DNA of 63,563 nucleotides, filler included, from Octopus bimaculoides (lineage: Eukaryota), in assembly GCF_001194135.2 (NCBI RefSeq). It is 9 parts of 8 records of this genome, joined end to end, with 100 filler letters (N's around TTAATTAATTAA, not from the genome) between each part and the next. Parts side by side here need not be neighbours in the genome. Positions count along the whole stretch, not along the records: positions 22,147 to 25,220 come from NW_026302981.1; positions 25,321 to 32,922 come from NC_068981.1; positions 33,023 to 52,635 come from NC_068998.1; 6 more parts are not named here. One strand, written 5' to 3'. Position numbers and translations under genes: made by a program. This document shows, piece by piece, positions 24,604-37,318 of this stretch (the stretch's first letter is position 1; every line of letters begins with the position of its first letter). The notes beneath the pieces are model-generated. The model did no database searches. It saw only the letters and a program-made list of their open reading frames with translations, and was not told the origin of the DNA.

Positions 24604-26279
24604 CTAGCAGCTAAGCCGGCTTTTACTCGGTCGGTTTGGATGATGTGGCTGTTAAACCTGCTATGTTTAATCATTCGAATTGTTTGGGCACGCTTACATT
24701 AAAAAACAATTTTAGAATAATTTTTTTTTTGTCATAACACTAAAAATAACTGACCAACAAAAAAAATCTAAGATTCCACCAAATCAAAAAATAAACCCAA
24801 ATACTAAGCGAACAAAAGTGAATCATCCCACGTTCATTGCGTGCGCACATGCACACACACACACATTCGCATACCCCTCTTTTACATACACACACATATA
24901 TTCACATAGAGTTGAAACGCTGTTTGATTTATTTTTTTCAGCATACAATTTTCATCATCCCACTACCAAGTATGACATCACCCTTTCCTTCCTTATTCAT
25001 ATATCACGCCTTCCTTTCTCATTCATAAACACAAGAGTATTATTATAGAAAATTATCTCGGTAGCCATGGGAGCTATGAAAAAATACAAAACCCAGCATC
25101 ACCACCGGATCATTGTACACATCTCTGTAATGTTTCGCTCAATTCCACTCAGCCGTTTGACCGTGAATCACAAGGCAAGAAAGAACCGCCTATGTCAACT
25201 TTATATGTATAGATAAATACNNNNNNNNNNNNNNNNNNNNNNNNNNNNNNNNNNNNNNNNNNNNTTAATTAATTAANNNNNNNNNNNNNNNNNNNNNNNN
25301 NNNNNNNNNNNNNNNNNNNNTTTGATGTAATTTAATATTCCTTCCTTAGTTAATTTGATTTGTTTTGATTTCAGCTTCGCTGTAAAAGTATAATCTGCTA
25401 ATTAATTTACGTAATAATAGATTAATCTTATGAACAAACGAAACGAAGCATTGTGAGTAATTTGCTTGTATTACACAATTGCACCCCACAAAAATGTGAT
25501 TAATGTTTCGCCTTTCTTTCCGTCTTTCTTTCTCTCTTTCTTCCTTTCTTTCCTTCTTTCTTCCCTTCCCTTTTGCGCTGTTGTTGTTTATTTTAATGGT
25601 CTCTTTATTTCTTTTCTTTTTCTTTCCAGGGTAGGAAGGGATAAAAATAAAAGAAATATGTCTTACGTGGAGATGGGATTGGCAAGTCCAACTGGGTTAC
25701 ATGGAGAGAAAAATAAATAAGTAAATAAATAAAATAGATATAATGAATAAAACAAACTGGAAAAAAAGAAAACCAAGAACAAAACAAAGTGAATCAGAGA
25801 ATAAGCTATTTTTAGAATTAATAATACAAAATGAAAATAAAAATCACAGATTGGTCTTTCCTCTGTAAACCAGCTGTTGGACATAAAATTCATGATCCTG
25901 AAATAAAGGAGCGGTTTGGTGTTAACGTTCATGAAATTGAATTGGAGACAATGATTTTTCAGAGCAAAACGAAGGGAAATGATTGTTTGGCTAAGAAGAT
26001 CACTTCTCGACCACATGGTTTCAGGTTCAGTTCTAGCGTGTGGCTCTTTGGTGCTAGTGCCTTCTTCCATAGTCCCAAACTAACCAAAGCCTCGTGGAAA
26101 CTGAAAAGAGTCAATTGTGTATATCATCATCATCATCCTGATCATGATCATCATGATCATCATCATCATCATCATCATCAACAACATTATCGACATCGTT
26201 GTCGTCGTCGTCGTCGTCATAATCATTATCACAATCATTATGCTTATCATCATCATCGTTGTCATCATCATCACCGTTG

Positions 26280-26345
<66 letters not shown>

Positions 26346-26424
26346 CAATCATCATCATAATTATCATCATTTAATGTCTCTTTTCACATGCTGACGTGGG
26401 TTGTATTGATTTAACAGAAACTAA

Positions 26425-27079
26425 GGATCTATTTCAAAACGGGGGCACCAGTATTTTCTTAACGAAACACTAACGAAACACTTTGAAACTTGGGACACTG
26501 GTAGAATGTGTCATATAAAACATCTTTTACTCTTAGTCTTCTTAACAAAAAAACGTACATCACAAATTATTCCATGTTAAAGTTGTCGTATTTCTGTAAT
26601 TTCAACCAATCACTGACGTCTATTCAGCTGAATAGAGTTACTGCTGGGCGGTCATAAAAATGTTATTCCCTGTGACATATTTCATCCGGTTTAATCGTAA
26701 TTTATACGCATATATTGTTTATATAATAAATTACGCTGTGCGTATCTATGTGTGTAACAATTTTAGAGTTCGGATTCTAGAGTTAGGGTTAGTTTTAGGG
26801 TTAGGGTTAGGGTTAGGGTTAACAGTCTAGTTAGGGTTAGGGGATTAATACGATATACACCGTTACAGCGCTAACTGTTTTCAACTGAATAGACGTCAGT
26901 GATTAGTAGAAATTATCGAAATAAGACAATTTTTTACATGAAATAAATTCGAATACAAAAATTTTTTTCTGTTCTATAACACAAAATAGATAAGTATACG
27001 AAGTTTGAAAGTCTTTCGGTACCAAAAACACTACATAAAACATAAATGAAAACTGGTGCCCCCGTTTTGAAATAGATCC
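26425..27079. mobile_element. Merlin-like MITE carrying (TTAGGG)n
   Basis: Perfect 28-bp TIR GGATCTATTTCAAAACGGGGGCACCAGT; 8-bp TSD GAAACTAA at 26417-26424 and 27080-27087. Confidence 0.9.
26783..26842 (+). repeat. Interstitial telomeric-type repeat, 7 TTAGGG units
   Basis: Directly visible: 1 + 4 + 2 units. Confidence 0.9.
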
Positions 27080-27531
27080 GAAACTAACAAGCCAGAGTGC
27101 TGCGCCGTGCTCCACTATCTGTTTTGGCATATTTTCTATAGCTGGAGACCCTTCCTAATGTCAAACACTTTACAGTGTATATGTGTGTGTGTGTGTGTGT
27201 CTTTGCCTTGACATTGCGTATAAAATTTAAGCTTTTGTCATTGTCATACATATATATATATGTATGTATGTATGTATGTATCTCTGTGTGTCTTTGTATC
27301 TGTGTTTGTCTACCACCAACACTTGACAACTGGTGTTTGTGTGTTTACATCCTCTTAACTGAGTGGCTGAGTCTCTTTTGCCATGGTGGCTGGGGGCAAA
27401 CACAGACACAAACACACTTTCTCACACACACATGCACGAATATATGTAATATGACAGGCTTCTTTCAGTTTCTGTTTACCAAATCCACTCCTGAGGCTTT
27501 GGTCGGCCCAATGAGACTGCATCATGTTCCA

Positions 27532-27571
<40 letters not shown>

Positions 27572-28148
27572 ACAAACATGGATCTAATAACCACACCTTG
27601 CTTCTGTTATATATCATGTCTGACACTCAGCTACAGAAAATCTTGGTTAGATTGATTACTACATTTGATTGATTAATACACTATGTTGCCACTCCACCAT
27701 ATGGTTGCAACACCTTAGAAGCTATTTATTTCACAAGTCATGAGAATTGCATCCAAGTGGTTACTTAAAATAGCAGTTTAATCTCTGCTGAATCATAACG
27801 TAGTTTCTTTAAGGAAAATAGGAAGGAAACATTGGATAAGGTAATCTTAGATAATACTATTTCTGAGCTGAAAACAAGATGACTGAGAATGGGATGCCTT
27901 TAATCATAGATTAGCTTGGTCAGGGTTAACTGACAGAGGTGAGTAGGGGGTAACTAAACAACAGCAACAACCTCAACATCTTGGTTCAATTTTATTTTTA
28001 CATTCTCTTAATTCTATCTTGTAATATTGTTGGTGCTACCATGTTTGATGGCCATTAGTTGTCACAACTAACTGTACCTTAATACTTTGATATTCAAATT
28101 ACTCTGTCACATGTAACACTTGTTCACATTCATCATCATCATCATTTA

Positions 28149-28149
<1 letters not shown>

Positions 28150-28184
<35 letters not shown>

Positions 28185-28570
28185 TTAATGTCCGTTTTCC
28201 GTGCTGGCATGGGTTGGACAGTTTGACTGAAATCTAGTAAGCTGGGGAGCCGCACAAGGTTCCAATCTGATTTGGCATGGTTTCTACAGCTGGATACCCT
28301 TCCTAATGCCAACCACTCCAAGACTGTGGTTGGCATTTTTTTTACATTCCACTGGCACAGGTGTCAGTTATGAAACACCGGCATCGGCCATGATTACATT
28401 CTCACTTGGCTTGACAGGTCTTCTCAAGCACACTATATTGCCGAAGCTCTCAGTCACTTGTCAATGCTTCCGTAAAGCCCAATGTTCAAAGATCATGGCT
28501 CACCACCTTATCCTATGTTTTCCTGGGTTTACCTCTTCCACACAGGTTCCCTCCACTATTAGAGATCATT
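28150..28570 (-). mobile_element. RTE LINE 3' end (ORF C-terminus, 3' UTR, (ATT)n tail)
   Basis: Degenerate VEGTCGRGKPRKT*DKVV.HDL…VLEKT followed by the shared tail. Confidence 0.85.
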
Positions 28571-29479
28571 CACATTGTTTACAATTAATTATGTATTACC
28601 TCATAGCTTCAAGATTTTGGTGGTGTGATTGTTTATTTTCAGAATGATATTGTAGAGGAGGTGTGAGTGGTTAGATCTGGCTGGTTTGAGTATAAAGCAG
28701 GTAGAATATTTGGGCCTGATAGGGCTGATTTAAATGCTTCAAGGTTGTGCCACTATGTAGTTGCTCAATCTGCTAAAAATAGCAGCTAAATCTCCCTTAC
28801 ATCGTATCCATACTGTCTAATAATAAAATAAGGCGTGAATGGGGATATGTAGTAGAATGAATAGCTGTTTCTGTTGTCGTTATAGTAATTTTTGTTGTCA
28901 TAGTTTGTTGCTGTTATGAGGAAGAGACACATTAATATTGTGGTCTAAGGTACACTGTGACTGGAGAAACAAAATGAAAGGAAGAAACAAAGTGAGAGGA
29001 GGCTAAAATGACCTTGTTGACTTTGTACTAAACAACAACAACAACAGCAACAACTATCACATTTTACTGACCACACCTTATAGTCACCATGACTGATTAC
29101 ACATGGTGACATAATAAAACTCCCTACTCTGGATTTGCCATACCTTAGATCAACTACATCCCATACCCTGTACTTGTTATCAACAAAGGAACATCTATGT
29201 GGTTGTTTGACCTGCTAGAAATAGCTGTGAAATCTCCCTCAAATCACATTTTGCTATCTCATAAAAAAACTGCTTTGAATAATGTAGTTATCAGAGGCTT
29301 ATATTCTGGGTGTGCTAGGTGTGTGCTGCACACCCATCCGAAAATAGCAAATTCATTATAAATATTAATCTTAATCATTAATTTAATCACAAATCTAAAT
29401 GGAAAATTTTTGTTATACCCTGGTGGCATTGGGTGTGGCAGCGCACTCAATACCACAACCACCATATGCCACTGGTAGT

Positions 29480-29700
29480 TATATTCTTTTCTACTCTAGG
29501 CACAAGGCCTGAAATTTTGTGGGTGGAGGGCCAGTCTATTAGATTGTCTCCAGTACACAACTGGTACTTAATTTATCAACCTGAAAGGATGAAAGGCAAA
29601 GTCGACCTCGGCCGAATTTGAACTCAGAACATAAAGACAGACGAAATGCTGCTAAGCATTTCGCCCAGTGTGCTAACATTTCTGACAGCTCGCCACCTCT
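29480..29700 (-). mobile_element. Near full-length tRNA-derived SINE
   Basis: Same family as 54565-54800. Confidence 0.85.
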
Positions 29701-29926
29701 GCTGGTAATTATATCATATGTGTTATGCTTAATTAAAATTGATGGAATCATTTTGATCTTAGGCTTGCCCAATAAGAGCTGATGTAGAGTTGAGCAACAA
29801 TAACAGCAACAACAGAAACAATTGTTCTTTCCACAACAATAGCTATCCACACCTCATCCCTACAATATTTATCTCCTACATATTTTTTGCTTCCTTTACT
29901 CTATCAGGAATAAAGGAGCTACTATC

Positions 29927-30270
29927 ATGATAAAAGGTGAAGACTCCCTTCAGTCATGAATGACCATGGGATTGCACCAGAAAGTTCCCCTCCAAGGCAC
30001 AAGTCCAGGCAAGGTTGTTTTATGGAAGACCAGCAATCGCCCATGCATACCAGCCTCCCCTTTCCATGTCACTGATGTTATCCAAAGGAAAACAAAGGCC
30101 GATACAGCTTGACACCAGTGACATTGCAACTCATTTCTATAGCTGAGTGAACTGGAGCAACATGAAATAAAGTGTCTTGCTCAAGAACACAACAAACAGC
30201 CCAATCCAGGAATAAAACTCACTATCTCATGATTGTGAGCCTGATGCTCTAACCACTGGGCCATGCACCT
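29927..30270 (-). mobile_element. tRNA-headed SINE of a second family (CORE/V-like central domain)
   Basis: Head ggtgcatggcccagtggttagagcatcag…; centre gttgtgttcttgagcaagacactttatttc. Confidence 0.75.
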
Positions 30271-30789
30271 TGATGTATTTTGTTCATTTGAAATCTGGGT
30301 GGGTGCAACCCTTATCCAGGTTTCAACACAAATGATTTCTTGAGTAAGAGACAGAGTAAGAAAGAAAGTAATAAATATGGCAGAAAAAGAATCGACTCCT
30401 GTACTTGAAGAAAGTATCACAACTAAATGGGGTTGTAGGTGGTGCTGCAACACTTTTATGGTATGATGATGGGTGGGGGCAACCCTTTTGGATCTGCCAT
30501 ATAAGCCTTTATAGGGCAAGGAGCCTGCTAGTTAGAGGCAAACTTAAGGGCTGACCTGGGAAGCACACACTCTACTTACTTCACAACTTGAAGGGTACTG
30601 GGTACTTTATCAATCCCTAAATGGCTGAAAAACAAAATTGATCTTAATTGGATTTGAACTCAGTACATGGAGATCTAGAACAAATATTTCAAGGCTTCCC
30701 CTAATAGCCGCTAAATTTGTATTAATAAAACCTTACACCATCAAATTAATAAACCAGTGTTAGAGCCTGTAAGAATCTTTGAAAAGTTA

Positions 30790-31445
30790 TAGGTGCAGTT
30801 GTGTGGTAAGAAGCTTGTTTCTCAACCATGTGATTCTGGGTTCAATCCTACTGCATGGTACATTGGACAAGTATCTTCTACTATAACTCCAGGCCGACCA
30901 AAGACTTGCGAGTAGATTTGGTAGGCAGAAACTGAAAGAAACCCATCACATATGATTGTGTGTGTGTGTGTGTGTCTTTGTCTGTTGGTGTGTTTACATG
31001 TCTATAACCTTGCAGTACAGCAGGGGAGACTGATAGCATAAGCATCAAGCTTAAAAAGAAAATAAATACTGGGGTCAATTCATTTGATTACAACAAAATT
31101 CCTCAAGATGGTGCCCCAGCATGGCCACAGTCTAAAAACTGAAACAAGTATTCACAAATATGTGTGTATGTGTATGTGTCTGTGTGCATGTGTGTGTGTG
31201 TGCGTGTATGTGTGTGTGCGTGTGTGCATGCAGGTCTATATCTATGTGTCTTTGTGTTTGTACTCCTGACAGCTGGTGTTGGTTTGTTCACATCCCTGTG
31301 ACTTAGTCATTCAGCAAAAAAGTGACTGATGAAATAAGCACCAGGCTTATGAAATAAGTACTGAGGTTGACTTGTTTGACTAAATGAATCCTTCAAGGCA
31401 GTGCCCCAGAATGGCCGCACTCCAATGACTGAAGCAAGCAAAAGC
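30790..31445 (+). mobile_element. Composite SINE with internal (TG)n
   Basis: Same modules as 13075-13550, with a repeated 3' module. Confidence 0.75.
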
Positions 31446-31551
31446 AAAGAAACTATTAACGATGAATACTCTTCGCATTAGATTATGGGGACTGAGACAA
31501 TTCAACCCATGCCAGCATGGAAATCAGACAATAAAATGATGTTGCTGCTGT

Positions 31552-31589
<38 letters not shown>

Positions 31590-32309
31590 TTGATGATGAT
31601 GATGATGATGACGATGATGATGACAACTTGCCTAGAAGGCAAAAAAATGGTCACAGCAGGAATGCTTTGATAAGCCTAGTTAATTAGAACAAACTTAGGG
31701 TTGGGACAAACAACAACAACCACCTCCACCAGAGCATCAAGTTACCACTGCCAAACTACTTCATACTCACTGCATCCCAAGGCTATGAGCCAGCTGATGA
31801 GGGAGCCCTTAGCAGTCGCATGAACTACTAGAAATAGCAGCTAACTCATCCCATCCTACCCCTACCACCACCCCCACCCCACCTCAAATTGCACTCTACT
31901 GTCTTGGAAAGTGAAATAACCCAACCCATTGGATATTTTTGTCCTACACCCCTCTAAAAAAATTCACAGGATATTCATGATGAGTGTGCTTTTGATTATA
32001 GGTCTACAGAAACAGGATCGACTTGGGGGGGGGGGGGCTAAACAGCAACAACAACAACAAGAACAACCACAATCTCAAGTTTATAATTACTCTTGTTCCT
32101 GCCACACCTTAATCTTATAACCCCACCTTACACTTAGAACCCAATGTTCAAGCCATGACAAAATCAAAAATCATGGCATTGGTCCTCCCACCTTAGCACT
32201 GAATAGCATGGTGTTACATGACAAACAGCAAGAACCACTGTATTTGATGTCCAGACATAAAATTAGCTACTTCCTCCATTCTTTATTCTCAGATTACATC
32301 CAACTTTAA

Positions 32310-32532
32310 CCTTTTAGCATTCAGATTACTCTGTCAAATGCAATGCTTATTACATTCACATAGTTTTGAATTACTTATACATTATCTTGTAGCTTTCAAA
32401 TTTCAGTGATGTGATTGTTTATTTTTAGAAGAATAACATTGTAAAGTAGGTATGAGAGGCCTGATATGGCCATTTGAACATAAAACAGGAAGAATATTTG
32501 AGCCGGATATGGCTGGTTTAAATGCTAAAAGG
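32310..32532. mobile_element. piggyBac-type MITE (~223 bp)
   Basis: TTAA|CCTTTTAGCA…TGCTAAAAGG|TTAA; related in sequence to 6839-7475. Confidence 0.85.
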
Positions 32533-32872
32533 TTAATACGTAACTGTATAAGTAAAATGAAGTTTATGTTTCTAATGGTTTCAGTCATTTGACTGTGGCC
32601 ATGCTGGGGCACCACTTTCGTACTCATTATATTGGATTGTTATGGCCAATAGGAAGTTAGCCTCTTTTACTTGTTTCAGTCATTTGACTGCGGCCATGCT
32701 GGAGCACTGCCTTTAGTCGAGCAAATCGCCCCCAGGACTTATTCTTTGTAATCCTAGTACTTATTCTATCGGTCTCTTTTGCCGAATTGCTAAGTTACAG
32801 GAACGTAAACACACCAGCATCAGTTGTCAAGTGATGTTGGGGGGACAAACACAGACACACAAACATACACGC

Positions 32873-32922
<50 letters not shown>

Positions 32923-33022
32923 NNNNNNNNNNNNNNNNNNNNNNNNNNNNNNNNNNNNNNNNNNNNTTAATTAATTAANNNNNNNNNNNNNNNNNNNNNN
33001 NNNNNNNNNNNNNNNNNNNNNN

Positions 33023-33232
33023 GTTACTACCTACTCCTTTTCTACATACTGAGCAGGGCCATCTACCTGAAGGGGTTTGTGTTTTATCTACCTTCCTACT
33101 TATTAGGATTTTGGTTTTAGCTAGGTTGACTCTAAGGCCCTTCAATTCTAGACCTTGCTTCCACACCTGAAACTTCTCCTCTAGTTCTGATAGTGACTCC
33201 GCAATTAGGGCAAGGTCATCAGCATATACATA
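33023..33232 (-). mobile_element. RTE LINE reverse transcriptase fragment (intact frame, runs into a gap)
   Basis: YADDLALIAESLSELEEKFQVWKQGLE.KGLRVNLAKTK…WPCSVCRKGVGSN. Confidence 0.93.
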
Positions 33233-36009
33233 TACATAGATATCCATAAATAAACATAAATACATAAATACATATATGTACATTTAAATGTACATACACA
33301 AATGTCCACACATGCACACAGATGAATCAATTATTATTGTTATTATACATGAGGAGGACACAAATATATACCCATCCACACATACATACATACACATATG
33401 TATACATAAACATTTCCATACAGACATGTTCACTGGTACATATGCATTAGTTGCATTTGGAATGGAGGACTGCTGCATTAGTTCATATCATTATAATTCT
33501 GACAAAAATGTCCAAACCTATATATCTATATATTTTTACATCAAAAACCTATGGGGTACGTACGTATCAATTGTGTTTGTAATGGAGGAATTTATACAAT
33601 TAGTTCGTGAGAATTCTAACAATAATATCCAAACTTCTATAAATCTGTGATGAGTTACTCTCTTATTGTTTTGTTTAATTCCTCAACTAAAAGTGGTGCT
33701 CCAGCATGTCCACAGTCACATGACCAAAACAAGTAAAACAATTAAAAACAATTATGCCATTCTAATCTCAAGCAATCCTAGGTATCTTTGTTAGNNNNNN
33801 NNNNNNNNNNNNNNNNNNNNNTATATATATATATATTTGTGTGTATGTGTTTGTGTTTGTTTCCCCACCATTGCTTGACAACCAATGGTAGTGTGTTTAC
33901 GTCCCTGTAACTTAGTGGTTCAGCAAAAGAGAATGCGAGAATAAGTACCAGGCTTACAAAGAATAAGTCCAGGGGTCAATTTCTTAGACTAAAAAGCAGT
34001 GCCCCAGCATGGTTTGACAGACAGAAACTGAAAGAAGCTTGTTATATATATATGTGTATGTATGCATGTTTCTACCCTTGTCTAGACATCACAGGCATCA
34101 TTTGTGTAAATGAGTCTCACCATTACACAAATGATGTTTGTATCTAGTTTATTTCAATAAAAAATATTTTTGGCCATGGGAAAATATTATTTTGCTTGGT
34201 AACAGGTAAAAGTTGGCAACAGAGGGGTAGCCAACCATACAAAATCTGCCTTGGCAAATTCTGCCTTATGTATGCAAACATGGAGAAAGAGCCATTAAAA
34301 TAATTTTGATATTATTTGAATATTTTACATAACCCATATATAAATCATAGTTGGAGAGAAAAATGAGATATGATATTTATAATTTAATATGTAGTTATAA
34401 CCTGTTTGTTCAATACTTTTATTTTACAATTATGTAAGGAAATCTTAGATTTGAATTTTTTGAGAACAATACTTAACATATCAACAATTGAAGTTTGTAA
34501 TGCAGTTTTGATTCTCAGTCAAATCCATTTTGTTTCATTTTCATTACAAATGTTCTTAAGGAAGGAATTAATGGTGGAAGTGATCATGTGTATCCTAAAC
34601 TAATTCCCTTACGTTGGAAGGGTTTATTTTTCCTTAAGATCAAATGCTTTACATCTAGATACATGAGATTTCCATTACAGTTCATTTTTTGGGCCCTGTT
34701 TTTTGATGTTATATACAAGTTTTAAACTACATCAGCAAGGATTGTGGGAAAAAAATCAACATTTAAGAAGGAAGGAAGGAAAGAAAGAAAGAAAGAACGA
34801 AAGAAAGAGAGAAAGAAAGTAAAGAGAGAGAGAAGAAGGAAAGAAAGAGAGAGTGGGGGAGAAAGAAGAAAAAAGGAAAGAAGGAAGGGAGAACCATTTA
34901 AAGAAAAGTCATTTCTTGAATCAATAAACTTGCTCTCACTCAAAGCATTTAGATATAGTATGGCCATTTCTGTGCCTTGTGTGATTTCTCTATACTTAAA
35001 CAAACTCTGCTTTTCAGATATTCCTTGTTATACATTACTCATTTCACCCATATCTCTACATTTCACAACCTACACCATATATCTCTCTTTAAATCCACTG
35101 CCAAGCATTAAATACTGATTTTTATTATGAAGACTAACGTGCAGTGGAAAAATTTTTACAATACAAATTCTATGTAAGAAGATACTTTTAAGCACACCAT
35201 GAAATATTTCTGAAGTTAAAAAAAAAGTGTCCATGCTAGTATGTTCTCTCTAAGTGGTTGTAACCACCATCTATTTTAGAGTAAAACTGGGAAATGTATT
35301 CTTATACAAAATTATTTAATTCATGATGCATGGCATATAATGTAACTGCCAATATTGATGTAAATTTTCTATAATCTTGAAATTGCATGTACTGTTGTAA
35401 TGTTCTAAACTGCTGCAATTCTGTATACTGTTCTAACTTTTTGTACTGAAGTAACATCATTTTCTGTACTGGTATAACTTTATGTGCTGATGTCATTTTT
35501 GTTGTTCTTTTTACTGATTTGACTTTTTCTCCTCTTGTTACTTTCTGTACTGTGGTAACTTTTTGTGCTGATGTAATTTTCTGTATTGATTAATTTTCTC
35601 TTCTTTTCCAACTGTATTGATGTTATTGTATGAACTGTTGAAATTTTCAGTACTTGAGTAATTTTTTATGCTGTAATTTTTTATACATTTTCTGTATTGC
35701 ACATCATTTTATACTGAGGTAACTTTCTCTACTGTTGTAATTTTGTATGGTTATATGATTTTCTATAATTGCATTAAATTTCTTTAATATCTTACTTTCA
35801 AAACTTTAACTAAAAGTCATCATTTCTGATTAAAATGTTTCCATCACGGACCACTGTAGTTTTCTCTGCAGATGCATTAAAATTCTACACACATTCACAT
35901 ATGTATCCAAATACACAATCGTTAGGATGAATGGATAGATGTCGTTTTTCTCTCCTTAGTTTAGAACTAATTTTGACTGGCCACTTGGTTGGTAGCAAAG
36001 TTGTGAAGG

Positions 36010-36345
36010 AAAGCATCTTTTGTTCATCATCCTTTAAATCTTATAAAGGTATTTCACACTTTTATTGTCCCAGATATCATGATCATTTGTAGTGTATGAA
36101 GTTGCATTCTCTTCCCAAGAAATCCAAGTTCAGCCATGCTTTGCTCCAGGTAGGTTGGTATATATCCTGTTGCTCCAAAGTAATAGGTATGAAGCTGAAA
36201 TGTATCCTGGGTACTCGATTTGCAAACACTTTATCAATGGTCCAGAGATGTCTGCTTTCTCCTATATTTTTCTGATCATACTGGTATTCAGAGGAAACTG
36301 ATTTCCACAACAGAGTTTTTTTTTCTTGTGGTCCCATACAACAAT
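36010..36345 (-). mobile_element. Relic of a non-LTR retrotransposon with a restriction-like (PD-(D/E)xK) endonuclease; clade not resolved (R4/Dong/NeSL-like)
   Basis: Across frameshifts: .DIVVWD…VVEIS-PLNTSMIRKI*EKADISGPL..LQIEYPG/FSFIPITL/GATGYIPTYL…ELG…LQ…ISGT.K. Confidence 0.7.
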
Positions 36346-37287
36346 GTCTGTCTGTTTGTCTGTCTCTCTCTAGGCATGCAAGTATATATGTATGTATGTA
36401 TGTATAACTGCACTGTAAATATATGCCAGCCATCTTATTCATTAAGTAAAAAAAATGCCTACACATGGAAAAGTTAGAAAGAATAAGTGTTAGACATGAC
36501 ATGCAAATATAAAATTGGTCATGCATGAGGCCAAAGTTACCTCAACAAGACCCTTTGGAAAGAAACATAGTTGCAAGTAAGAATTTTATAATCACTATGC
36601 ATCTTTCTGACTACTATGACATTGGTCAGTTATATTTAGAATCTGAGACAGCACAACATTGGTTATGGTATCAGAAGGACAATTCTCAAAAGATTTAGAT
36701 CATATGTCAATGGGAAATGGTAATTTTGCATAGGGGAGAATGTGTACATACTGGATGGGTTGAAAAGCTTACCCAACCTAACAATTTACCTAATCACCAA
36801 AGGCAGGTACTTTAATATGTGTCTGTGAACTGACAAGTTCAAAGAAGCACATCGGAAAATTTCACTCAGACCAGGACTAATGCAGGCATGCACTTGATAC
36901 TTACCAATTTAGATACACTACACACCTCTATATAATCTAGGCTTCACTTATTTTATTAAAATAGCATGCAAAGGAATCCAAGTTAAATATAGACCTTCAT
37001 AAACTTCATCTTTCACAACATTAGACTTTCATATATTTGACCTCCACAAATTTATCACCTCTTGCACTTTGTAGTAAAAGGATAAGAAGTAGAAGGAACC
37101 CATACCAAATAACTGTTAAATACAAAGCATTGCTTATACAAATTAACTTAACCTTCATATCAAGTAAATTTTGCATCTAACACAGATACAGAATTGATTA
37201 CCAAATTAGGAGCTCTCTCCACTAGAAATGCTTAGTCATTCTAAGAAATATAACATGGTTAGGAAAAGTGAGTTATGGTCCTTTGCA

Positions 37288-37318
<31 letters not shown>

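Noticed and set aside
25831-26394. 187-aa His-rich ORF
   Set aside because: The 3' two-thirds is a SINE fragment and (CAT)n. The 5' part has a good acceptor and open frame (AVGHKIHDPEIKERF…) but no in-phase partner exon was found.
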